A stretch of 64,000 bases of DNA from an uncultured Victivallales bacterium (GTDB lineage: Bacteria; Verrucomicrobiota; Lentisphaeria; Oligosphaerales; JABHEG01), in the NCBI GenBank assembly GCA_964607765.1, contig CAZSNT010000012.1, positions 22,194 to 86,193 of the forward strand, written 5' to 3'. The notes beneath the pieces are model-generated. The model worked only from the letters and a program-made list of their open reading frames with translations, had not been told where the DNA came from and did no database searches. Positions 53,446-61,660 of this stretch are shown in pieces. Each line of letters starts with the position of its first letter. The stretch's first letter is position 1. The position numbers were made by a program, and so were the translations under genes.

Positions 53446-56064
53446 TCATTGCCGGTCGCGCGGCGTGGCTTTCGCGCCCGGCAGATTCGCCCTGATCGCC
53501 TCCGCCACCTGCGCGGCGAGCTTCGCAGAGCCGTCTTTGGTGAAATGCACGTTGCCCGGTCCCGAGAAGAGCGCTGGCCCAAACGTCGCTGTCAGGGCAT
53601 GCAGGTCGTTGATGACAATGCCGTGCCTGTCCATGATCCTCTTCGCCGCGGCGTTGTACTTGATGTCATCACCCAACACCCGCCCGGCTTCGCCTTCGGG
53701 CACGACAGTAGTCGAGGCCCAGATGAGCTTGGCGCCGGTCTTCTTGAGCTGCTCGACGAGTTGCTCGAGATTCCTCTCGTACTGCGCCAGGGGCACGGCG
53801 ATGGTGCCGTTGACCTTGTCGCGACGCCCCTGGACCTTGGACTCGGGGTGCCGATAGCAGAGATCGTGCAGGCCCCAGTTGAAGTGGATCACATCCCACT
53901 CGGTCTTGCCCGACCACTGCTTCAGACTTCTGAGGCCGCGCTCCGTATCGCCGCAGTTCGTCGGCGCCCGCTTCACGTTGGCCACGCCCTTCAGCAGCTC
54001 GATGGTGGGTTTGGTGTAACCGACGGAGATGGAGTCGCCGATGAGCAACACATTAGGGAGATCGGGGTTGAGCGTCTGGGCGGTCTTCAGACCGTCCATG
54101 TCCTGTTTGGGGGTGAAGAACTCAGTCGCCATGTTCGCTCCATTCACGATTACTTCCGCTATTCTCCCAGGATAGGCAAACGGTGCACTGTAGGGGCCGA
54201 CGGGCGCGCGAGAGGCGCTGCCGATCACAAAACCCATTCCCGGCTGGGTCGTGATCAGTGTGCCTGAACTGCCAGACGCCGCCTCGGCGCCATCCATCAG
54301 CAGGCTCATCTTGCCACCTTGGCCGAGAATTGCCGTCAGCTCAAACGGCTTCCGTGGCACGGGCGTGGACCCGACGATCGTCGTCAGTTTCTGTTTGTCA
54401 CGCATGCTGAAGCACGGCTTGCCATCCTGGACGTAGACTGAATAACCGTAACTCTTGCCCCCCTGCACCACCAGGACTCCGTCGGTCCCTTTCCCGGGCG
54501 TCGCCCGACAGCTGATCGTGATCGGCTTGTTCTCGACATCCGGCCGGTCCTTAACCGTGACCGCGCGAGTCACCTCCCGCGGCTCGGGTCTCTTGGGCGA
54601 CTCGCCGGTTTTCTGTTCCACCGGCTCTACCGAGGGAGCGCTCGCCGCAGGCATGGTGGCTGCCGTTGCCGTCCGCCAGTCGTGCAGCATTCTCCTGAGC
54701 TTGGCCGTCAGCGCGGGCTGCGCCTGGGAGAGGTCGGTCTGCTCGCCCAGATCGTCACGCAGATTGTACAGCTCCACCTTGCCGTTCGAGAAGCGCTCGA
54801 CGAGTTTGTGGTCGCCGGCCCGGATGGCGCCGGAAGCGCCCATATTGTTCACCGCGTGATCGTGCGGGAAGTGGAAGTAGAGAGCTTTGCGCTCGAGTTC
54901 CTTCGTCTGCCCTCTCAGCAGGCCGGTCAGGCTGAGCCCGTCAAGGTGCTGTTTCGGCTTCAGCGGCAGGCCCGCCATGTCGAGGATGGTGGGATAGAAG
55001 TCCGTGCTGATGATCGGGACGTCGCAGACGCGTCCCTTCGCGGTCACCCCGGGCCATTTGACGATCATGGGTTCCCGGATGCCGCCCTCGTAAACCCAGG
55101 CCTTGCCGGCCCGAAGCGGGAGATTGGAGGTCGGCCCGCCCTTCGATGACTTGCTGTTCGTTGAGAGGCCCCCGTTGTCCGACATGAAGATGACGACGGT
55201 GTCCTTGTCCCTTCCCGAACTCTTCAAGTACTCCAGGATCCGCCCGACGTTCTCATCCATGCTCTCGACCATGGCCGCGTAGACCGGGTTGTCCTGCCGC
55301 TTGCGGTTCCAGCTCTCATACTCCTTGTCGGCGCCGGCCGGCTCGGAGATGCCCATGTCCGCCAGCTTCTTCTCGTACTTGGCAATCTTGTCTTTCTTGC
55401 CGGTCACCGGCGTGTGGACCGTGTAATACCACATGTTCAGGAAAAACGGCTTATCGACTGTCTCTTGCATGAACTGAATGGCCTTGTCAGTCAGCACGTC
55501 CGTGAGATAGTCTCCCGGTTTCCCGTCTTCGAGACCGGGCACATCGTTGCTGCTGCGCTTCTTGTTCTTGTAGGGGAAAAAGAACGAGCCCGGCTGCCCG
55601 GCCGAATGCCCGCCAACATTGACGTCGAAGCCCTGACACTCGGGATAGTGCGTTTTCCCTTTCTCATGGTGGATCTGCAGGTGCCACTTGCCAAAGTGCG
55701 CCGTGCGGTAGCCTGCGTCTTTCAAGGCTTCAGCCAACGTCACCTCCGCCAACGGCATGCTCTCGGTCGGCGTGGCGCGCGTGAAGTTGATGCGTGCGGG
55801 GTATTTCCCGGTCATGATGCTGGCCCGCGTCGGTGAGCACACCGGACTGGCCGCGTAGGCGTTGGTGAAGCGCATCCCTTCCGAAGCAAGCCGGTCGATG
55901 TTCGGCGTTTCGTGAAACGTCGAGCCGTAACACCCGACATCGGCCCATCCCAAGTCGTCGATCAGGAAGAAGACCACGTTCGGGCGCGCGGGAGCAGCAA
56001 GTGCGAGGCCGGAAAACAGGATGGTTGCGGAGACCGCAAGTACTGGGATGGATTTTGACTTCAT
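53446..56064 (-). CDS. Tri-domain fusion: Cys-type sulfatase + LamG/ConA-like module + SGNH/GDSL esterase, exported
   Basis: 872-aa ORF. Signal MKSKSIPVLAVSATILFSGLALA. Blocks RPNVVFFLIDD and VCSPTRASIMTG. Mid module GVLVVQGGKSYGYSVYVQDGKPCF. The C-terminal domain has LLIGDSISVGY, HFNWGLHD and GNVHFTKDGS (SGNH blocks). Confidence 0.8.
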   Translation of the reverse strand: MKSKSIPVLAVSATILFSGLALAAPARPNVVFFLIDDLGWADVGCYGSTFHETPNIDRLASEGMRFTNAYAASPVCSPTRASIMTGKYPARINFTRATPTESMPLAEVTLAEALKDAGYRTAHFGKWHLQIHHEKGKTHYPECQGFDVNVGGHSAGQPGSFFFPYKNKKRSSNDVPGLEDGKPGDYLTDVLTDKAIQFMQETVDKPFFLNMWYYTVHTPVTGKKDKIAKYEKKLADMGISEPAGADKEYESWNRKRQDNPVYAAMVESMDENVGRILEYLKSSGRDKDTVVIFMSDNGGLSTNSKSSKGGPTSNLPLRAGKAWVYEGGIREPMIVKWPGVTAKGRVCDVPIISTDFYPTILDMAGLPLKPKQHLDGLSLTGLLRGQTKELERKALYFHFPHDHAVNNMGASGAIRAGDHKLVERFSNGKVELYNLRDDLGEQTDLSQAQPALTAKLRRMLHDWRTATAATMPAASAPSVEPVEQKTGESPKRPEPREVTRAVTVKDRPDVENKPITISCRATPGKGTDGVLVVQGGKSYGYSVYVQDGKPCFSMRDKQKLTTIVGSTPVPRKPFELTAILGQGGKMSLLMDGAEAASGSSGTLITTQPGMGFVIGSASRAPVGPYSAPFAYPGRIAEVIVNGANMATEFFTPKQDMDGLKTAQTLNPDLPNVLLIGDSISVGYTKPTIELLKGVANVKRAPTNCGDTERGLRSLKQWSGKTEWDVIHFNWGLHDLCYRHPESKVQGRRDKVNGTIAVPLAQYERNLEQLVEQLKKTGAKLIWASTTVVPEGEAGRVLGDDIKYNAAAKRIMDRHGIVINDLHALTATFGPALFSGPGNVHFTKDGSAKLAAQVAEAIRANLPGAKATPRDRQ

Positions 56065-56116
56065 GGCAGTTCCCTAGCGTGGGTGTTGAAGACTGAGGCC
56101 CTCTCAGTCAAAGATG

Positions 56117-57568
56117 TCATTCTGACGGGCGCCACGGCTTGCCGGACTGCTTGTGCTCCTGCAAGAACTGTGCATCCACTTGCTTGTACCATTGATGCAG
56201 CTTGGCACGCATCGCTGTCACCTCACCAGGCATGGTCTCGGCGAGATCGTGTTTCTCGCCGATATCCGCCTTCAGGTTGTAGAGGTGGACACGGCCGTCC
56301 TCGTAACGCTCAAAGAGCTTGTAGTCACCCATGCGAACCGCGCCGCCGGGGATGCCGCCTTGGTTGGAGTAGTGCGGGTAATGCCAGTACAGGGCCTCGC
56401 GCTTGAGGCTGTGGCCCCCGAGCGCGGGCGTGATGTCGACGCCGTCGATCACGTGCTCAACTTCCGCGCCGGTGGCGGCCGCAATAGTCGGCAAAAGGTC
56501 GATGGAGCAGATCGGTTCGGCGCTCACCGAACCGGGCTTGGTGACGCCTGGATAGCGCACGATCCAAGGCTCGCGGATGCCGCCCTCATAGACCCACCCC
56601 TTGCCGCCGCGGAGCGGCAAGTTGCTCGTGGGCGAGCCCTCCGAGGTGGAGAGACCGCCATTGTCCGAAGTGAAGACCACGATCGTCTTTCCTGACAGGG
56701 CGTTCCCTTCCAGTTCATCCAGAACTCTGCCCACGGCCTGATCCATCGCCTCTACCATGGCGGCGTAAACGGCGTGTTTCTGAAGAATCCGGACTCGGCG
56801 CGGCTTGCTTCCGAAGACCTGCTCCTCTTCGGCAAACTCCTCGCCGGCGACCTCTTTGGCCTTCGCCTCATATTTCTGCACCAGGTCCTTGCGCCCCATC
56901 AATGGAGTGTGCACCGAGTAGAAAGACAGGTAGGCAAGAAAGGACTTGTCCTTGTTATCCCGTATGAAGGCAGCGGTATCGCGGGCGAGCCGATCAGGCA
57001 GATGGTCACCATCAGGGCTCTCGACCTTCATCTGAGGGTTCTGGAAGGGGGCGAAGTACTTCCTGCCCGTGTAGGGGCCACCCCGGTGATAGCCACCCAC
57101 ATTGACATCAAAGCCCTGGTTCTGCGGATAGAACTCCTCGCTGGGGCCGAGATGCCACTTCCCCGCGAAGAAGGTCGTGTATCCCCTCGCTTTGAGGATC
57201 TCGGCGAGGGTGATCTCCTCGACCTCCATCCTGTTCGAGAGCGGAGCCGGGGCAAACCGGCCTTTGCGCTTTCCTGAGAAGAAGTTGGTCGCCTTCACCC
57301 GGGTAGGGTACTTGCCGGTCATCAGGCTGTAGCGTGTCGGCGAGCAGACAGGATTTGCCGCGTAGCCATCGGTGAAGCGCATCCCCGTGGCTGCCAGTCT
57401 GTCGATGTTCGGCGTTTCGTAGAAGCACTTCGGATTGTTGGCGCCGATGTCCATATAGCCCAGGTCGTCGACAAGGAAGACGACCACGTTCGGGCGAGGG
57501 CCTGCGGCAAGCGCCAGGTGGGTGGTCAGCATCACTGCGATCGCGGTAGCATGAAGGGGAAATCTCAA
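56117..57568 (-). CDS. Cys-type sulfatase, exported
   Basis: ORF 56117..57937. The first 123 codons are low-complexity noise. The likely start is TTG 57568 (AGAGGAG 8 nt upstream), giving the signal (M)RFPLHATAIAVMLTTHLALAAG. Blocks RPNVVVFLVDD and VCSPTRYSLMTG. Tandem paralog of the sulfatase domain of 53446..56064. Confidence 0.8.
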   Translation of the reverse strand: MRFPLHATAIAVMLTTHLALAAGPRPNVVVFLVDDLGYMDIGANNPKCFYETPNIDRLAATGMRFTDGYAANPVCSPTRYSLMTGKYPTRVKATNFFSGKRKGRFAPAPLSNRMEVEEITLAEILKARGYTTFFAGKWHLGPSEEFYPQNQGFDVNVGGYHRGGPYTGRKYFAPFQNPQMKVESPDGDHLPDRLARDTAAFIRDNKDKSFLAYLSFYSVHTPLMGRKDLVQKYEAKAKEVAGEEFAEEEQVFGSKPRRVRILQKHAVYAAMVEAMDQAVGRVLDELEGNALSGKTIVVFTSDNGGLSTSEGSPTSNLPLRGGKGWVYEGGIREPWIVRYPGVTKPGSVSAEPICSIDLLPTIAAATGAEVEHVIDGVDITPALGGHSLKREALYWHYPHYSNQGGIPGGAVRMGDYKLFERYEDGRVHLYNLKADIGEKHDLAETMPGEVTAMRAKLHQWYKQVDAQFLQEHKQSGKPWRPSE

Positions 57569-57713
57569 CTCTCTGTTCTCCTCTTTTCTTGACCTTGGAC
57601 TGGCGACTGACGGCCAGCGACTAGCGGAGTGCCAGGTAATCCCGACGTTCGCGAGTCGCAAGTCGCGAGTCGCTAGTCCGGAGCGGGCTGGGGCGCGGAG
57701 GAATGCCCGTGCA

Positions 57714-60707
57714 TCATGATCCCTCCTTGACAGGAATCTCCGTGCCTTCTGTGAACAACTGGACCTCGATCCACGCGGTCTTGTCGCCGCTGAAGTGGTA
57801 AGTGTCGTAGCCGGTCTTCGCCGTGAAACCCTCGTTGACGACAGCGACAGTCTGTTTCGGATGGAAGTTCGCGTCGTAGATGACCGCCGTGTCGGCGCCG
57901 TCGTACTCGATGTAGTCGCCCGTGCTGATGTCGCCACAGACCTTCAGCTTGCCGGCGCTGTTGGCGATGGTCAGCTCCCGGAGCGGGACGTTGATCTCCC
58001 TGAGCAGCTTGATGTCCCGAACCTTGATCCGCGGGCTGGCGCCCGGCGGGACGTGGCAGAATCCGGTCCGGAACCAACTGACCATTGAGTATCGGGTGTG
58101 CTTGGTCGCCAGGCGCCAACCCCACCTCTCCTCGTGCCAGGCGACCTCGCCGTTGGGAATCTCGATGGTCTTCTCGCCGGTGAAGTCGATCGGCACCACA
58201 TAGTCGCGTCCGGCGATCTGAACGGCAAAGATGGCGCCGCTGCCGTCGCCCTCGACCGTGAGGCCGATGCCGCGGTGGTTGGTCATGTTGGCTCGACACT
58301 GGAAGGTCGGCAGCTTGTAGGCCTCGTAGAAGTCCGCGTCAACCGTGTTCTCGGCTGCGAAGATGGTGCCGTCGGCGGCGACTTCGACACTGGTCAGGCT
58401 CTGCCCCGAGAAGTCTTCCTGCTTCGGATCGAGAAGCATGTTGCAGTCAATCGCCAGTTCCTGCACGCCTTCGTCCGCCGCATTCCCGGCCTCGAAGAGA
58501 TGGGCCAGTTCCTCAGCCTTGCCGGCGATTTCCTCGAACTCGAATGCGCTCTTCGTCGGCAGGTCGTAGTCGTAGCTCGGTGCCAGCCTGATGACGAACT
58601 TGGGCGTCTGCGCCGGGTTGGGATTCTCGAGGGTGAGCGAGCCGTCCAGCTTGAGGTACTGTTTGGGGGGGATGGCGCCGTGCTCCTGGCCGTGGATCCA
58701 CAGCGGGTCGCCGACCGCCCGGGTCATGACGGTGGTGGGCACGAGACTCAGCTTGCCGCTGGCTTTGCGGGCCACGAAGACGTTTCTCGAGGCGAGGTGC
58801 TTGCTGCGTTCGTAGCGGTCGGGCAGGTACTGGAAGCTGTCCTCGATGAGCTTGCGCTGGTCGTCGGTCAGGTTGGCGGCTGCCTCTCGCCAGTTCCGCA
58901 GAATCTCGAGCAACTCGTCGATCTGGCCGTGAGCGCGCAGGTCCTTGGGCCTGACGCCGAACATCGGCTCCGGTTTCGCCAGCCCGAGCGCGCCGCCTTT
59001 GTAGCCCTGGCTGAGCGTGTAGTGGGTGTCCAGCTTGTTCACGGCCGGGCGAGAATTGGAGTCGAGCGCGAACGGGACGCTGTAGCTGCCGTGGGTGTAG
59101 GAGCAGTGCCCCTCCATGAGCTTCCGCGTGCTGTTGAGCCGGTGCTCGATGTGGCACTTGGGCTGGACGGCGCCGCTGTCGTGGGCGGTCACGGGATGGT
59201 CCAGTTTCTGGTAGACGAGGGCGGCGAACTTCTGGAACCCCCAGTTGCCCGTGTAGTTGTGGATCTCGCAGCCGTCGTACTCGGCATGCCAGACGCGGCA
59301 GCGGTTGAGAAGGCCCGCATAGTTCTCGGCGACCTCGGCCAGCAGCGTGCTGTCGTTCTCCGGCAGCATCATGCGACGGTAGGCAGTGATCAGCCCGATG
59401 ACGGTGTCGCCGGACGTGTGCGCGGCTGTCACAGTGTTCATGCCGCGCTGGCAGTCCGTGAGCGTCCAGATCTCCTGGTCGGAGTCCTGGAAGGCCCCGA
59501 CGCGCATAATCTCGTCGCCGATGCGCAGGCAGTGGAAATCGTGCATGCGCCGGTACAACGCCGGCATCCGTATGGTGGCGCTCGTGTCATCCACCAGGAA
59601 GGGAAGCTCGAGGCCGTTCAGCGGCTTCACCTGGATCGTGGTGTCGGATGCGGCCACGTCGCCGACCAGTTCGAAGGCGCCGTAGCTGGCCAATCGGTCG
59701 TCCGGATTGACGACGTATTTGCGGTCGCCTGGCCCGAGCCCGCCGCTGACGTAATGGATGGTGAGCCGGATACCGCGCTCCCACAGGTGGTCGGAGTAGG
59801 CTCTCAGGTCGCTCTCGCCGTTGGGGTAGATGTCGCTGCGCAGCTCCCAGTTGAGCTCGTTGTTGGCCATGAAGCCGTGCCGCCACGAGTTGGTGAACAG
59901 GTAGATCTCGTTGCAGCCCGCCTTTTGGGCCCACTCGGCGCCCTCGTACAGTTCGTCGAGGCTGGTCCCTTCGAGCATGAGCAGGTTGCGCTCCGCGAAG
60001 ATCCCCTGCCAGTCCGTCACCCATTGCCTGGCGCGCTCATGGGTCCAGGGACCTTCGATTTTGGGGTGCGGCAGGCCCTCGTTGGCCCAGATGGCCAGGA
60101 TGATGTCATCCTCGTCGTCATCATTCAGGGGCGCGTAGAGCGCAAAGCTCCCGAGCGGGTTGTCGGGGTGGCGGTTCCAGATGAACTCGAACTGCACCTG
60201 GATGTCGTTGTCCGACACGGTGCGGGTCACGAGTGCGTTGTGGTGGGCGTGCTCGATGTCGTCGTTCTCCGGCCCGCCCTTGCCGACGACAAAGGTCATG
60301 TAGTCGGTGTCAAACGCCTTGACGTTCCCAGTTGCGTTGAGGCCGAAGTGCAGCGTGAGCACACTGGTCGTGGGAATGCCTTCCAGCCGGGCGAGCCGGA
60401 AATGGCAGTAGCGCGCCCGCGGCGTCACCTCGAAGGTGACTGCCTGCGTCCCGTTGGCGGACCGGCACCTGAGCAGGTTCCCGTCCAGCCACTCCAGTTC
60501 AGACAGCGGAATCTCCGTCTGCATGTTGAGCAGCAGGTAGAACGCCTTTCCCGGGTCTGATGTGTCGAGAAGTTCCTCGCCCCTGGCATTGCGAAAAGAC
60601 ACCAGCTTTCCGGTCGTGGCGAAGCGGAGTTGGTAGTTCTGCGTCTGGACGAGCAGCGGATGCTGCTCGTCCGTTTGGCAGGAGTTGGGGGGTATGTTGG
60701 GTGCCAT
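57714..60707 (-). CDS. Hypothetical protein (orphan, 997 aa), no signal peptide
   Basis: Long uninterrupted ORF with protein-like composition. I recognise no family motif. The central region (GCNEIYLFTNSWRHGF...IRLTIHYVSGG...WHAEYDGCEIHNY) could be a TIM-barrel-like catalytic core flanked by beta-rich regions. Confidence 0.6.
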   Translation of the reverse strand: MAPNIPPNSCQTDEQHPLLVQTQNYQLRFATTGKLVSFRNARGEELLDTSDPGKAFYLLLNMQTEIPLSELEWLDGNLLRCRSANGTQAVTFEVTPRARYCHFRLARLEGIPTTSVLTLHFGLNATGNVKAFDTDYMTFVVGKGGPENDDIEHAHHNALVTRTVSDNDIQVQFEFIWNRHPDNPLGSFALYAPLNDDDEDDIILAIWANEGLPHPKIEGPWTHERARQWVTDWQGIFAERNLLMLEGTSLDELYEGAEWAQKAGCNEIYLFTNSWRHGFMANNELNWELRSDIYPNGESDLRAYSDHLWERGIRLTIHYVSGGLGPGDRKYVVNPDDRLASYGAFELVGDVAASDTTIQVKPLNGLELPFLVDDTSATIRMPALYRRMHDFHCLRIGDEIMRVGAFQDSDQEIWTLTDCQRGMNTVTAAHTSGDTVIGLITAYRRMMLPENDSTLLAEVAENYAGLLNRCRVWHAEYDGCEIHNYTGNWGFQKFAALVYQKLDHPVTAHDSGAVQPKCHIEHRLNSTRKLMEGHCSYTHGSYSVPFALDSNSRPAVNKLDTHYTLSQGYKGGALGLAKPEPMFGVRPKDLRAHGQIDELLEILRNWREAAANLTDDQRKLIEDSFQYLPDRYERSKHLASRNVFVARKASGKLSLVPTTVMTRAVGDPLWIHGQEHGAIPPKQYLKLDGSLTLENPNPAQTPKFVIRLAPSYDYDLPTKSAFEFEEIAGKAEELAHLFEAGNAADEGVQELAIDCNMLLDPKQEDFSGQSLTSVEVAADGTIFAAENTVDADFYEAYKLPTFQCRANMTNHRGIGLTVEGDGSGAIFAVQIAGRDYVVPIDFTGEKTIEIPNGEVAWHEERWGWRLATKHTRYSMVSWFRTGFCHVPPGASPRIKVRDIKLLREINVPLRELTIANSAGKLKVCGDISTGDYIEYDGADTAVIYDANFHPKQTVAVVNEGFTAKTGYDTYHFSGDKTAWIEVQLFTEGTEIPVKEGS

Positions 60708-60822
60708 GCAAATCCTCGAGGAAAAAGTCAGGGGGCAGCGATCCGGATCGGAATCTCAGTCGACAGACGAGGCGGATCGATTGGGATTCCGACTGCGACT
60801 AAGATGGTCAGGCCGCCTCAGC

Positions 60823-61185
60823 TTACTTGCGCGCATCTGTGACAGCAGCCTTGCGCCGCGCTCGTTTGCGTGCGGTCCGTGCCGGCGCTAGTCGTATCTC
60901 CACCTCGCAGCCTACCGCGTCTGCGTAGCGCCTCAAAGTGGCGATGGACGGTGAGTGTTTCCCGCCGGCTTCCAAGCGCGATACGGCGCTTTTCGTTGTC
61001 CCCATCGACACAGCGACTTCCTCCTGTGTCAGGCCCGCCCTCGCCCGGGCCGCGAGCAGTTCCCTGGCCAGTGCGTATTCCTCGGCCAAGGCCTCGTAAG
61101 CTGCGTCGAATCCCTGCCGCCGCGAGGCCCTTGCCAGGAACGCCTCATGCTCATGAGGAACCGGGCTGTATCCAGAGTCAGCCAT
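60823..61185 (-). CDS. XRE-family HTH antitoxin (HigA-like)
   Basis: 120-aa ORF. HTH block LTQEEVAVSMGTTKSAVSRLEAGGKHSPSIATLRRYADAVG. It overlaps the toxin gene by 8 nt. Confidence 0.8.
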   Translation of the reverse strand: MADSGYSPVPHEHEAFLARASRRQGFDAAYEALAEEYALARELLAARARAGLTQEEVAVSMGTTKSAVSRLEAGGKHSPSIATLRRYADAVGCEVEIRLAPARTARKRARRKAAVTDARK

Positions 61186-61519
61186 GCTTCACCTCTTTCA
61201 GTCTTCTGCGGGCAATGCGCAGGTTGCGTTCCGGTGTCGTCCGCGTCTTCTTCACAAACGCGTGAAGCACGATCACCCGCCGCCCTTCCAGATAGCAGTA
61301 GAGAGCTCTTCCGGTGCCTTCCCGACCGCGGGGACGCAATTCGAATAGAGCCCCGCCAAGGGAGCGCGAATGCGGCATTCGCAGGTCCGGCCCAAATTCC
61401 ATCAGCAATTCCACCAGGCGAGCGTAGTCAGCCAAGATCCCAACAGGCCAGCTCTCGATGTCTGCGCGGACTCGTTGGTTGTAGTACTCGATTGAGTATG
61501 GCATGTCAAAAGTTAGCAT
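61178..61519 (-). CDS. Type II toxin, RelE/ParE superfamily (HigB / Gp49-like, DUF891)
   Basis: 113-aa ORF. Blocks LMEFGPDLRMPHSRSLGGALFELRPRGREGTGRALYCYLEGRRVIVLHAFVKKTRTTP match the Gp49/HigB-like toxin pattern. Confidence 0.85.
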   Translation of the reverse strand: MLTFDMPYSIEYYNQRVRADIESWPVGILADYARLVELLMEFGPDLRMPHSRSLGGALFELRPRGREGTGRALYCYLEGRRVIVLHAFVKKTRTTPERNLRIARRRLKEVKHG

Positions 61520-61584
61520 AAATGCGAACTGCAGTCAAGATGGGCCTCGGGCCTGTTGGGGCCTTGCAGACCCCTGGAGCAGTT

Positions 61585-61649
61585 GACCCAATCTTCCGCC
61601 TGATCCTTCCCCCTGATCTTTCACCCTGATCTTTCACCCTAATCTTCCC
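61585..61649. repeat. Tandem array, 5 copies of a 13-bp unit (CCCTGATCTTTCA and variants)
   Basis: Units GACCCAATCTTCC, GCCTGATCCTTCC, CCCTGATCTTTCA x2 and CCCTAATCTTCCC. The array lies between the stop of 61661..63628 and the toxin start at 61519. Confidence 0.85.
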
Positions 61650-61660
61650 CTCTCCTCTCC

